51,747 bases of DNA from a virus (Duplodnaviria; Caudoviricetes): positions 1-51,747 of the IMG/VR virus record IMGVR_UViG_3300046779_000926; one strand, given 5' to 3'. The notes beneath the pieces are model-generated. The model did not search any database. It was not told the DNA's origin and was given only the letters and a program-made list of their open reading frames with translations. The number at the start of each line of letters is the position of its first letter. Position 1 is the stretch's first letter. The translations under genes and the position numbers were made by a program. Shown one piece after another: positions 28,204 through 37,173 of the stretch.

Positions 28204-28570
28204 TGTTACAGAGATAACCTTTCTTAATTTTAAAGATACCGTAATGGCATCTGATAAACCAGTTGTGATTAAATTTACAACCAGTTCTTGTCACCTTTGC
28301 AAAGCATTTAAACCAATATTTGAGAATATCGCTAACGAATATTCTGACAAGTTTAATTTTGGAAATGTAAATACAGTTACACAACAGAATCTTACTAGAT
28401 TTTTTGTTATCGATGGTGTACCAGAAGTTTACATTGTTAATCCAAAAGAGGAAGATGCTGCAAAGCGTGCCCAACTTATGAAATATCCAGAGAAACCAGA
28501 CGAACGTACAGGTTTTAGTGAATCATATTTCAAGAAACAATTAGATAAATATATTGACGAAAAAATGTGA
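28181..28570 (+). CDS. Thioredoxin-family protein
   Basis: PVVIKF...CHLC and IDGVP cis-Pro loop. Confidence 0.8.
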   Translation: MIRPKQSNVTEITFLNFKDTVMASDKPVVIKFTTSSCHLCKAFKPIFENIANEYSDKFNFGNVNTVTQQNLTRFFVIDGVPEVYIVNPKEEDAAKRAQLMKYPEKPDERTGFSESYFKKQLDKYIDEKM

Positions 28571-28578
28571 GGAGTCAA

Positions 28579-29637
28579 ATGAGCATTCATGGTGTACCAA
28601 AATTTGTTGAAACTCTAACTTATGATGATGTGCTTTTGGTTCCACAGTATAGCGACATTGAATCGCGTAAAGAGGTTAGCCTTCAGTCTTGGCTAGACCA
28701 AGATAGAGGCTTATCATTTGAGTTACCAATTATCGCTTCTCCAATGGACACAATTTGTGAAGTTAAAATGGCTATCCTTATGGCTAGAATGGGTGGTCTT
28801 GGAATTGTCCATAGATACAATACAGTAGATAAACAATGTGAAATGGCAGAGACTATCTTTGAGAATGTTTCTGCCGATAAAGTAGGATTTGCAATAGGAA
28901 TTAGTGGAGATTATCTAGAACGTGCAAAGCGACTAGTTAGTTTAGGGGCCAGAATTCTATGCGTAGATGTAGCACACGGCGACCATATTTTGATGCAAAA
29001 TGCACTTACCAACTTAAGAAAGGAGTTGGGTAATGGGCCACACATCATGGCTGGAAACGTTGCGACTCTTGATGGGTTTAATCATCTGGCTGCTTGGGGA
29101 GCTAATTCAATTCGTGTTGGTATTGGTGGCGGTAGCATTTGCTCTACTCGTATTCAAACTGGTCATGGAGTTCCTAGTTTGGCTTCTATACTGGATTGCG
29201 TGAGGAGTGTTTACAATGTCGCAATTATTGCGGACGGTGGCATTAAAAATAGTGGAGACATTACTAAAGCTATTGCTGCTGGTGCTGATTTTGGAATGGT
29301 TGGTTCACTCCTTGCAGGAACAGATGAAACACCGGGAGAAACTTATCTTGGAAAAGACTTACAACCTCGTAAAAGTTATAGAGGAATGGCGTCAAAAGCA
29401 GCACAAATGGATTGGAGAGGTAAGGCATCGTCTTTGGAAGGCATTTCTACATCTGTTCCATATAAAGGAAGTGCGAGAGATATTCTTGAACAACTTGATA
29501 ATGGAATACGTTCTGGCTTCAGTTACTCTGGTGCTAGGAATATTGTAGAGTTTTGGCACAAGGCAAAGTTTGTGCGTCAAACCTCTGCTTCTGCACACGA
29601 ATCCAGCACACATATTTTGAGCAGAAATGGTGAGTGA
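28579..29637 (+). CDS. IMP dehydrogenase/GMP reductase family enzyme without CBS domains
   Basis: [49 protein letters not shown]; AGGAG RBS supports ATG 28579. Confidence 0.88.
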   Translation: MSIHGVPKFVETLTYDDVLLVPQYSDIESRKEVSLQSWLDQDRGLSFELPIIASPMDTICEVKMAILMARMGGLGIVHRYNTVDKQCEMAETIFENVSADKVGFAIGISGDYLERAKRLVSLGARILCVDVAHGDHILMQNALTNLRKELGNGPHIMAGNVATLDGFNHLAAWGANSIRVGIGGGSICSTRIQTGHGVPSLASILDCVRSVYNVAIIADGGIKNSGDITKAIAAGADFGMVGSLLAGTDETPGETYLGKDLQPRKSYRGMASKAAQMDWRGKASSLEGISTSVPYKGSARDILEQLDNGIRSGFSYSGARNIVEFWHKAKFVRQTSASAHESSTHILSRNGE

Positions 29638-29953
29638 CAAGTTAAAGCGCATCGCATTAAACTTTCCAGAGAAAACTCAGATTGATTTTTTAATTCGTCT
29701 AAGATATGACGACTTTAAAGGTCAGACTGATTTCTTTAGGGAAGTTATTTATGCTTATCTAAACAATGACCCACATATATTAGATTTTGTTGAATCAATA
29801 AAAGTAAAAAAATCAATACAAAATAAAAAAAGGAATAAACAAAATAGAAAACTAATTAATGATGGTCAGCAGATTTTAAAAGAATTTGCATTAGATAAGG
29901 ATGAAATCGAAAATATTTTTGACATATTAGAAGAAAATAATATTGATTTATGA
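29627..29953 (+). CDS. Hypothetical protein
   Basis: Coupled ORF of 108 aa. Confidence 0.65.
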   Translation: MVSDKLKRIALNFPEKTQIDFLIRLRYDDFKGQTDFFREVIYAYLNNDPHILDFVESIKVKKSIQNKKRNKQNRKLINDGQQILKEFALDKDEIENIFDILEENNIDL

Positions 29954-29971
29954 TTTTTGTTTACTTTATTA

Positions 29972-29978
29972 CTATTTA
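29972..29978 (+). promoter_or_regulatory. Putative late promoter motif CTATTTA
   Basis: Intergenic, upstream of the AGGAG RBS and ATG 30001. Confidence 0.55.
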
Positions 29979-30000
29979 AATCTGTAGGAGTTATACAACA

Positions 30001-30486
30001 ATGAGCAAGAGACTATTAAGTGAATCACAAATAAACCGTTGGGCCAAGCTTTCTGGCGTTAAGCTCAACGAGAATTATGGTATGTCTGGTGAACGTGAAG
30101 AAGATGCACCAATGGACGATATGGGCGGTGATATGCCAGCCGAAGAGGGTGGCGATTTAGGCGGCGAAGATATGGGTGCTGATATGGGAGCCGAAGGCGG
30201 CGAGTCCGAAATGACAGTCGAGGACGACCAACTTATGGCTATGATTGAGAAAGCAGTTGAAAACGTATTAGTAAAAATGGGTCTTGGAGAGGAAGGTGGA
30301 GCCGAAGAAGGTGACGAAGGTGGAGGTGAAGAGGGAGGTGATGAACTCGCTGAACCCGACGCTGGAGGCGAAGCCGAAATGGAAGCTGGCGAAGAGGGTG
30401 AAGATGAAACCCTAGCCGAAATGGTTTCAGATGATGAAATCATAAATGAGACTCTCAAGAGAGTTATTAAAAGACTCGTAGGTTAA
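30001..30486 (+). CDS. Highly acidic low-complexity protein, possibly prohead core/scaffold-like
   Basis: LLSESQINRWAKLSG..LNE leader; E/G/D/M-rich body; basic amphipathic C-terminal helix IINETLKRVIKRL. Confidence 0.6.
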   Translation: MSKRLLSESQINRWAKLSGVKLNENYGMSGEREEDAPMDDMGGDMPAEEGGDLGGEDMGADMGAEGGESEMTVEDDQLMAMIEKAVENVLVKMGLGEEGGAEEGDEGGGEEGGDELAEPDAGGEAEMEAGEEGEDETLAEMVSDDEIINETLKRVIKRLVG

Positions 30487-30513
30487 TTATAACAATCATT
30501 GTTGTGTAAAACT

Positions 30514-30547
30514 AAGCCATACATCTTAATTGGTGTATGGCTTTTTT
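30514..30547 (+). terminator. Intrinsic terminator
   Basis: AAGCCATACATC/GGTGTATGGCTT stem followed by a T-run. Confidence 0.75.
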
Positions 30548-30549
30548 AC

Positions 30550-30577
30550 TTGACATACCCCGTACTTGTGTTATATT
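30550..30577 (+). promoter_or_regulatory. sigma70-like promoter
   Basis: TTGACA-16nt-TATATT with TG extension. Confidence 0.55.
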
Positions 30578-30597
30578 AATAAAGCAATGGAGATAAT

Positions 30598-31302
30598 ATG
30601 CGATTCAATCTATTCGGTAAAAAACGTGTTGAAGATGATGTTGAAGAAGTAGACGAGACAGGCGAAGATAAAGAAAGCGAAGGCGAGTCCAAGGCGTTAA
30701 CTAAAGCACTTATTCCTATCTTGGCTGGTGATGATGAACCAGATATTAGAACTATTGGTCTTTATGGTGAAGTAGAAGAGAAGAAAGTATCAGAGATTAT
30801 CGGTGGTCTTATTGCACTTGCTGCAACCGCCGAAGTAGAAGAACCAATCAACCCAGAGAAACCAGAAGAGGGAACTCAAACCGTAATTGACCCTATTGAA
30901 TTCCTAATCTCTACCCCCGGAGGTAGTGCTGATGATATGCTATCATTGTATGATATGATGCGTGTTATCAAGGCAAAATGCCCAATCCATACTTTTGGTA
31001 TTGGTAAGGTAATGTCGGCTGGTGTACTAATCCTAGCAGCAGGTACAAAGGGAAAGCGTCGTATTGGTAAGAACTGTCGCGTTATGATTCACTCAGTAGC
31101 GGGTGGTAACGTTGGTTCCTTCCATAATCTTGAAAACGAAATGGAAGAGATTCGTCATATTCAAAAAACATATATTAGACTGTTGGCCGAAGAAACAAAT
31201 ATGACAGAGGCACAACTTAAAAAGATGATAAATAAGAAGGTAAACGTCTATTTATCAGCAGAGGAAGCAGTAGAATTAGGTATTGCTGACGAAGTATTCT
31301 AA
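30598..31302 (+). CDS. clpP: ClpP-family protease subunit
   Basis: ISTPGGS, G.VMSAG, GKRR, RVMIHS, YLSAEEAVELGIAD. Confidence 0.88.
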   Translation: MRFNLFGKKRVEDDVEEVDETGEDKESEGESKALTKALIPILAGDDEPDIRTIGLYGEVEEKKVSEIIGGLIALAATAEVEEPINPEKPEEGTQTVIDPIEFLISTPGGSADDMLSLYDMMRVIKAKCPIHTFGIGKVMSAGVLILAAGTKGKRRIGKNCRVMIHSVAGGNVGSFHNLENEMEEIRHIQKTYIRLLAEETNMTEAQLKKMINKKVNVYLSAEEAVELGIADEVF

Positions 31303-31310
31303 AATAGGAA

Positions 31311-31317
31311 CTATTTA
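31311..31317 (+). promoter_or_regulatory. Putative late promoter motif CTATTTA
   Basis: Intergenic, 4 nt before ATG 31322. Confidence 0.55.
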
Positions 31318-31321
31318 AGAT

Positions 31322-32734
31322 ATGAACAAACAAGAAATAGATTTAATGGTTGAAAACTTTTTGAAACCAACGACGGGTAATAAGAATAAAGAATTGTCGC
31401 TTAGTGAGTTAATCTCATTAGTTAACGAAGTTCAGTCTACACTAGGCCCGCGCAGTTTATTAAACGAGGAAGCGCGTGGAGGTAATACCTTACAATACTC
31501 TTCAATCCCAGAAATATCCGTTTCAGAATTGGGTTGGTCTTCGTTTGATGATAAAGAAGCTAGTGTACCGTCAGAACAAAGAGCTGCCTTGCAACAATAT
31601 TTACAAAATATCGAAGGCTCAACATTTCAAGAAAAGATTAATAGTATTAACAATTTCTTTAAAATGTCAGCAGAAGAATTAGAATCTTCTTCTTTTATCC
31701 AAGCAGATAGTAATTCTTCAAAAATTCAAAAACTCATTTCATATTTAGTATTCTACAAAGCACTAACAACAATTATAACCAACTTCAATGCTGCTGCTGC
31801 TGGTTTCGCATTTGAATCTTTTATTGCCGTATTGTTAAATGGAAAACAGGTTCCAACAGGTCAAGGTACTATCGCAGATTTATGGACGGGTGATAATGTT
31901 CCTATGAGTTTAAAACTATACTCGCAAAGTAGCGTAGATGTTGGAGGAAGTTTTAAAGATTTGTGCAACGATATGATTGACCCAAAAAAACCAGAAAATC
32001 CATTTATCCGTTATTTGGTTGCTACTAAAGACTTGCAAGGTGAGGCATTAAATTTAGAGGGTGTAATTTCTCTTTATCAATTTGATATTGACTTAGATAA
32101 TATTATGGAAGTAATGGTTCAAACAGGTATTCATTCTAGAGATTCAATTAGACTGCCAAAACCTTCTCAGATTCAACCTTCGATAGAGCCTATAGTTGAT
32201 ATGGAACAACCATCACCTTCTGAGCAACAGCCACCCTCTGAAGAACCGTTGATGGAAAAACAAGGTTCAAAGCCAAAGAAGGGTGCAAAAGCAGAGCCAA
32301 AAGTTAAAATTGAGTATTATTCACCAGAAGAATCTGCTGCTATGTATAGTTCAATGGATGAAAAAGAAAAGAAAGCAGCACTAAGAACCACAAAAGGTTA
32401 TCAAGAAGTGCTACAATGGTCAATGACAAAACAACATGTATTTACCGTTATTAGTGGCGTAAAACCATCAAGAAAGCGAAACGCAGTAAACCCAGACCCA
32501 AAAATTGGAACTATTGTGGTTGGTCGTAAAAATATTGAAGCGACAATCAATAAAATATCAGCATTGATTAATGCATCGGTATTCGATATTTTCAGCAATC
32601 TAAAGAGTTTGACAACTAATATTAATAGTTATTTTGCTACTGGTATGAAAGACGACAATCTTGCAGACCAAGCACAAACATCTGCACAAAATATCGATAA
32701 GAAAACAGAAGAATTGCAACAAGCTAAAGAATAG
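31322..32734 (+). CDS. Putative late/virion protein with a PD-(D/E)xK-like motif
   Basis: GFAFESF...TIADL...MSLKLY; LLNEE and LME candidate processing sites. Confidence 0.6.
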   Translation: MNKQEIDLMVENFLKPTTGNKNKELSLSELISLVNEVQSTLGPRSLLNEEARGGNTLQYSSIPEISVSELGWSSFDDKEASVPSEQRAALQQYLQNIEGSTFQEKINSINNFFKMSAEELESSSFIQADSNSSKIQKLISYLVFYKALTTIITNFNAAAAGFAFESFIAVLLNGKQVPTGQGTIADLWTGDNVPMSLKLYSQSSVDVGGSFKDLCNDMIDPKKPENPFIRYLVATKDLQGEALNLEGVISLYQFDIDLDNIMEVMVQTGIHSRDSIRLPKPSQIQPSIEPIVDMEQPSPSEQQPPSEEPLMEKQGSKPKKGAKAEPKVKIEYYSPEESAAMYSSMDEKEKKAALRTTKGYQEVLQWSMTKQHVFTVISGVKPSRKRNAVNPDPKIGTIVVGRKNIEATINKISALINASVFDIFSNLKSLTTNINSYFATGMKDDNLADQAQTSAQNIDKKTEELQQAKE

Positions 32735-32737
32735 CAC

Positions 32738-32765
32738 TTGACGTTTTCTAATATCTGGTTATAAT
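32738..32765 (+). promoter_or_regulatory. sigma70-like promoter for groEL
   Basis: TTGACG-16nt-TATAAT. Confidence 0.55.
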
Positions 32766-32787
32766 TCCCCTATACTTTGAGGTTCGT

Positions 32788-34377
32788 ATGAGCAAGGAAT
32801 ATTGTAATGGTCGTACATTAAGCGAGAAAATCCTTAGTGGCGCAAATGTCTTGGCAGACAATGTTGTTTCAACATTAGGGCCAAAAGGAAGAAACGTAAT
32901 TCTTTATGATGGTAGCAAACCTGTAATTACCAAAGACGGTGTTACAGTTGCTAATTTTATTGAGTTATCTGACCCATTTGAGAATTTGGGTGTTCAAGTA
33001 ATTAAACAAGCCTCGCAACAAACCGCTGCACAGGCTGGTGACGGTACTACTACAAGCATCGTCCTAGCCCGCGCAATGCTCCGTGAGGCACAGAAGTATA
33101 TTAGTGCTGGTGTATCCCCTATTGACCTTAAACGTGGAATGGACGCCGCTGCAAATGATATTGTATCGGTGATTGCAGAGATTGCAGTACCAATATCAAG
33201 CGAGCAAGAGATTGAGGATATCGCCACTATCTCAGCCAACAATGACCGTTCTATTGGTAAATTAATTGCTACTGCCGTAGATAAGGTAGGTAAAGACGGT
33301 GCTATCACTATTGAGGAAGCACGTTCTATGGAAACCTCTCTTGATATTGTAGAGGGCTTCCGCTTTGATAGTGGTTATCTAGCAACTGCTTTCGTCAATG
33401 ATGAACGTCGTGGCGTTGTAAAATATGACGACCCATATGTTCTTGTGACAGACCACAAACTTGAGACTGTAAATGAAATGCTACCAGTTCTTGAATTAGT
33501 TGCAAGAGAAGGTAGACCCCTTGTTATTGTTGCAGATGATATTGAAGGACAAGCACTTGCCTCTCTTATTATGAACGCAGTCCGTGGCTCTATGAAGGTT
33601 GTAGGTGTCAAAGCACCAAGATACGGAGAGGAGCGCAGAGCAATTCTAAAAGACTTGGCTGTTTCAGTTGGTGCTACCTATGTATCTACAACGCTTGGAA
33701 TGAAACTTGGAGCAGTTAAACTTACAGATTTCGGTCGTTGTAAGTCAATTGAAGTTTCCAAAAATCTAACAACAATTGTGGGAGGCAAAGGTTCTTATGA
33801 ACAAATTGACCAACGGATTGAATCACTTAAGTCTGAAATGGCAAGCACAGATAGCATCCACGATGCCCAACGTATACAGGAACGTATTACGCGCCTTGCA
33901 AGCGGCATTGCCATTATTCGCGTAGGTGCTGCTACAGAAGTTGAAATGATTGAGAAGAAGCATCGTATCGAAGATGCTTTGGAAGCAGTTAAGTCGGCAC
34001 AACAAGAGGGTATCTTGCCCGGAGGTGGTGTTGCACTATTGCGTGCAGCAGAACTCCTCAAGCGAAATGCAATGAAGGCCGATGATTTGACTGAAGCAGA
34101 GAAGATGGGTTTCCTAATTGTAGAGCGTGCTTGTTATGAGCCTGTTCGACAAATGGCATTAAATGCTGGTGAATCACCAGACTTAATTATCCAGACAGTA
34201 GAACTTGCAGGTAAGGAAGAGTGGTTTGAGGGCTACGATTTTAGAACAGGAACCGTAAAACATATGGTTAAAGCTGGTATTATTGACCCTGCAAAAGTCA
34301 CTCGTTGTGCAGTACAAAATTCTGTATCTGCGGCAGGAACTTTAATTACTACCAACTATGCTGTTGTCAAAGTATAA
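32788..34377 (+). CDS. groEL: Chaperonin GroEL
   Basis: TLGPKGRNV, ITKDGVTVA, AGDGTTT, GILPGGG, GIIDPAKV; lacks the GGM tail. Confidence 0.97.
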   Translation: MSKEYCNGRTLSEKILSGANVLADNVVSTLGPKGRNVILYDGSKPVITKDGVTVANFIELSDPFENLGVQVIKQASQQTAAQAGDGTTTSIVLARAMLREAQKYISAGVSPIDLKRGMDAAANDIVSVIAEIAVPISSEQEIEDIATISANNDRSIGKLIATAVDKVGKDGAITIEEARSMETSLDIVEGFRFDSGYLATAFVNDERRGVVKYDDPYVLVTDHKLETVNEMLPVLELVAREGRPLVIVADDIEGQALASLIMNAVRGSMKVVGVKAPRYGEERRAILKDLAVSVGATYVSTTLGMKLGAVKLTDFGRCKSIEVSKNLTTIVGGKGSYEQIDQRIESLKSEMASTDSIHDAQRIQERITRLASGIAIIRVGAATEVEMIEKKHRIEDALEAVKSAQQEGILPGGGVALLRAAELLKRNAMKADDLTEAEKMGFLIVERACYEPVRQMALNAGESPDLIIQTVELAGKEEWFEGYDFRTGTVKHMVKAGIIDPAKVTRCAVQNSVSAAGTLITTNYAVVKV

Positions 34378-34378
34378 A

Positions 34379-34385
34379 CTAATTA
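34379..34385 (+). promoter_or_regulatory. Putative late promoter motif CTAATTA
   Basis: Intergenic, immediately after the groEL stop. Confidence 0.5.
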
Positions 34386-34422
34386 TATGTAGATAGCATT
34401 GCATGTAATGGAGGGTTCTATC

Positions 34423-34707
34423 GTGGGTACTACTGACCAAGATATGTCTGATTTGAAAGAAGCAATAGTAAATTTAGATAAAAAACTTGATAGACTAGTA
34501 ACCACGGTAGACACTATAAAATCCGCGCAAGACTTATTTGCACAAGATATGCAAAAGATTAAAGACCCCGACACAGGCATATATCCACGTATACGAACAT
34601 TAGAACAATGGAAAGATACACAATCTAAGTTTATGTGGATATTTGCCACCAGCATGGCTGGTGTTATAGCAAAAATAATTTGGGACTTGCTATCGTTGCC
34701 AAGATAG
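34423..34707 (+). CDS. Coiled-coil protein with a C-terminal TM helix (XhlA/holin-like)
   Basis: Heptad region, RIRTLEQW, hydrophobic tail; GGAGG RBS suggests GTG 34423. Confidence 0.5.
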   Translation: MGTTDQDMSDLKEAIVNLDKKLDRLVTTVDTIKSAQDLFAQDMQKIKDPDTGIYPRIRTLEQWKDTQSKFMWIFATSMAGVIAKIIWDLLSLPR

Positions 34708-34732
34708 GTTATACTTCTTAAATGGAGTATGG

Positions 34733-35128
34733 ATGTCAGATAAAATTAAAAGAGAATATTGTTTATTTAAAATCAATAAATCTTCTTATAAAACCGTCAA
34801 TAATGATAAAGTAATCTGGCAATGGGATAATATGTACAATTATGCCCGTCTTAAGCCAGCTAAAAATCGCTCTGGTAATCTATGGACAAAGAGCGGTGTT
34901 CTGTTTGTAGACGAAATTCCACTAGCAGTCAATTTAGGTAAAGGACGAGATTGTGTATACGTCCATCCGATTTACCTTGACAATCTCCCTGAAGTATCTT
35001 ATGTTAAGAGGTATGCTAGAGAAGTGGAGAAGTATCTGCAACTGCATGGTAAGTATGAAAATACTAAAGGATATCTCCCACTAAGCATAGATATTATACA
35101 AGAAATAGCGGAGATTATACTAAAATGA
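34733..35128 (+). CDS. Hypothetical protein
   Basis: GGAG RBS; TTGCTA-17nt-TATACT promoter at 34687-34715. Confidence 0.65.
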   Translation: MSDKIKREYCLFKINKSSYKTVNNDKVIWQWDNMYNYARLKPAKNRSGNLWTKSGVLFVDEIPLAVNLGKGRDCVYVHPIYLDNLPEVSYVKRYAREVEKYLQLHGKYENTKGYLPLSIDIIQEIAEIILK

Positions 35129-35415
35129 GAGTAGGAATTACATATTCTGTCGAATTAGAAGATATACCTCAAGAAATCATTAATTTGTTAGACGAAGTTT
35201 CTTTTCCAAATAATATGGATATTAAAGAAATTAATGATAATATTAGTGATAACAATATGTTAAAGGCTTTAGAAAACATACATCACCTTCGTAAGAGTCT
35301 TAGTAGTATAGATTACAGACTACAGGATTGCGCGGCTATCATAACGGGTTATACTAATACTGTAGCCAAGAAAGTAACAACTGACACCAGCGATGAATCG
35401 TCCAACGAAGGGTGA
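35125..35415 (+). CDS. Hypothetical protein
   Basis: ATGA-coupled ORF. Confidence 0.65.
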   Translation: MRVGITYSVELEDIPQEIINLLDEVSFPNNMDIKEINDNISDNNMLKALENIHHLRKSLSSIDYRLQDCAAIITGYTNTVAKKVTTDTSDESSNEG

Positions 35416-35623
35416 TTTAGTACATATACCAGCAAATTGCTGCATGTATGACCCGAATAACATTAAGAATCCACAGAGATACTATATTCCAACAGCCCCA
35501 ATGATGGGGGTGTTGTTAGATTCTGTTAACGAAGAAATGACGACAGTTTATGTTAATGGTGAGTATTGGGCCACCGAGAACGAGAACATCTACCCATTTA
35601 AACAAAGGAGCGAAAATGGTTAA
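35393..35623 (+). CDS. Small SH3/KOW-like protein
   Basis: KGDLVHIP start motif. Confidence 0.55.
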   Translation: MNRPTKGDLVHIPANCCMYDPNNIKNPQRYYIPTAPMMGVLLDSVNEEMTTVYVNGEYWATENENIYPFKQRSENG

Positions 35624-35903
35624 ACTTACTGAAATTTTTCAAGAGTCTATGTCTACAAAGATTGGAGTTCGTGAAGTTTATATCAATCCTAACCATGTTG
35701 TAATGGTGCGAGAGGATATGAACTTTGGACGATATCTACTAGAGGGTAAACTAAATGATTTAGGTGTCAATCAAGCAATGCGATTCACTCGTATTTCAGT
35801 TCGTAATAGTGGAACAGGAAACTATGAAATCGTAGTGTTTGGAGATACAGAAGCAGTATATGAGAAAATTCGCACAAGTCAGAAGTCACTTCTAAAGGGG
35901 TAA
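35616..35903 (+). CDS. Hypothetical protein (FlbD-like small beta fold)
   Basis: MVKLTE...VYINPNHVVMVRE; AAGGAG RBS supports ATG 35616. Confidence 0.55.
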   Translation: MVKLTEIFQESMSTKIGVREVYINPNHVVMVREDMNFGRYLLEGKLNDLGVNQAMRFTRISVRNSGTGNYEIVVFGDTEAVYEKIRTSQKSLLKG

Positions 35904-35905
35904 AC

Positions 35906-36082
35906 ATGGTTTGGACTGTAGTTGGTTATAAAGACGGCAAGACCGTGGTTCATACATTCCACGGTTCTCAAAATGGTAAAGATTCAATTAATGATGCCTA
36001 CAAGGTTTTTCCGGGTATTGAGGTAGTCGCTATTGTCGCAGGAAATCATCTATCTTCAACCTATATCAAAGAGAGGAAGTAA
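35906..36082 (+). CDS. Small hypothetical protein (58 aa, missing from the ORF track)
   Basis: MVWTVVGYKDG...IKERK*; AAGGGG RBS; stop overlaps the next ATG. Confidence 0.65.
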   Translation: MVWTVVGYKDGKTVVHTFHGSQNGKDSINDAYKVFPGIEVVAIVAGNHLSSTYIKERK

Positions 36083-36708
36083 TGGGTCGTCCTAAAGGTT
36101 CAAAGAATAAGCCAAAGACTGATTCTAGTGGAGTTAAACTAGAGGCACCTAAAAAGCGTGGTCGTCCCGCTAGTTCTAAAAATACCTCTGCTATGAAAGT
36201 AGAAGCACCAAAAATTACTAAACGCACACGCAAGCCAAAGACGCCCGTGGTCGTTTCTGATACTGTCAATGAAGTAGACGACGGGCCTGTTTATAATTAT
36301 CTTGATAACTATTTGAATCCATTTGAAGATACAGGTCACTCTTTTGAGTGTCGCTTTGAAGAGACATATGAGTGGGGCAACATCATCCCACCCAAAGCAG
36401 ATGCAAAGAAGAGACTTGGTAATTATTCTTCCTGTCGTGTACCAGTAAAACCAGTTTCAAAAACGCTTTATCCTATTGTTGCCTATATTCAAGCAGATAT
36501 CGAAACCTTGCGTAGCCAAGGATATAGTGATAGAGATATCTATGCTGGTTGTGTTAATTATCTAAATCGCAATCAGAGCAAATCCAAACTCAAGCGGTTT
36601 GGTAACTTAATGCCTTATTATTTTAAGGTTCTTGAAAGTGGTAAGATTTCAGCAATGTTCCTAACTGACGAGAAGAAATCAAAAATGTTTTGGGGAGAGG
36701 GAGAATGA
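36082..36708 (+). CDS. AT-hook-containing putative DNA-binding protein
   Basis: GRPKGSKNK and KKRGRP motifs in a basic N-terminus. Confidence 0.65.
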   Translation: MGRPKGSKNKPKTDSSGVKLEAPKKRGRPASSKNTSAMKVEAPKITKRTRKPKTPVVVSDTVNEVDDGPVYNYLDNYLNPFEDTGHSFECRFEETYEWGNIIPPKADAKKRLGNYSSCRVPVKPVSKTLYPIVAYIQADIETLRSQGYSDRDIYAGCVNYLNRNQSKSKLKRFGNLMPYYFKVLESGKISAMFLTDEKKSKMFWGEGE

Positions 36709-37088
36709 GAACAACGAAGCATGTATCAAAGCCTTGGGGTAACGAAGAGATTTGGGCACAGACAAGCGATTATGTAGGTAAAATCCTTTACATCAATCGC
36801 AACTCTAAACTATCTCTACAATACCATCAGCAAAAGGAAGAGACTATTAGGGTCTTGAGGGGTAGACTATATCTCCACTATGGAGAGAACAAAGATAATC
36901 TACAAATCCTAGAAATGGTTGAGGGTGATACCTACCATGTTCTACCAAACCATATTCATCGGTTTGAAGCCCGTGACGAAGCAGTAGAGTTGGTTGAGGT
37001 ATCTACTAACCACCTACATGACGTTGTAAGAATCGAAGATGATTATAGTCGTGTAAGAGAGAAATCTAGTGATTTCCCCTCAGTATAA
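36705..37088 (+). CDS. Cupin (mannose-6-phosphate isomerase C-terminal-like)
   Basis: KPWG.E, LSLQYH..KEET, HIHRF, EVST...DVVRIEDDY. Confidence 0.85.
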   Translation: MRTTKHVSKPWGNEEIWAQTSDYVGKILYINRNSKLSLQYHQQKEETIRVLRGRLYLHYGENKDNLQILEMVEGDTYHVLPNHIHRFEARDEAVELVEVSTNHLHDVVRIEDDYSRVREKSSDFPSV

Positions 37089-37104
37089 TATCCAATAAGT
37101 TAAT

Positions 37105-37142
37105 AATTAAAGGCATCTATTGAGGTGCCTTTAATTGTTTTT
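37105..37142 (+). terminator. Intrinsic terminator
   Basis: AATTAAAGGCATC/GGTGCCTTTAATT stem followed by GTTTTT. Confidence 0.7.
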
Positions 37143-37145
37143 ATG

Positions 37146-37152
37146 CTATTTA
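37146..37152 (+). promoter_or_regulatory. Putative late promoter motif CTATTTA
   Basis: Directly after the terminator, upstream of the AAGG RBS and ATG 37174. Confidence 0.55.
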
Positions 37153-37173
37153 TATCATAAGGTCGCTACAGTT

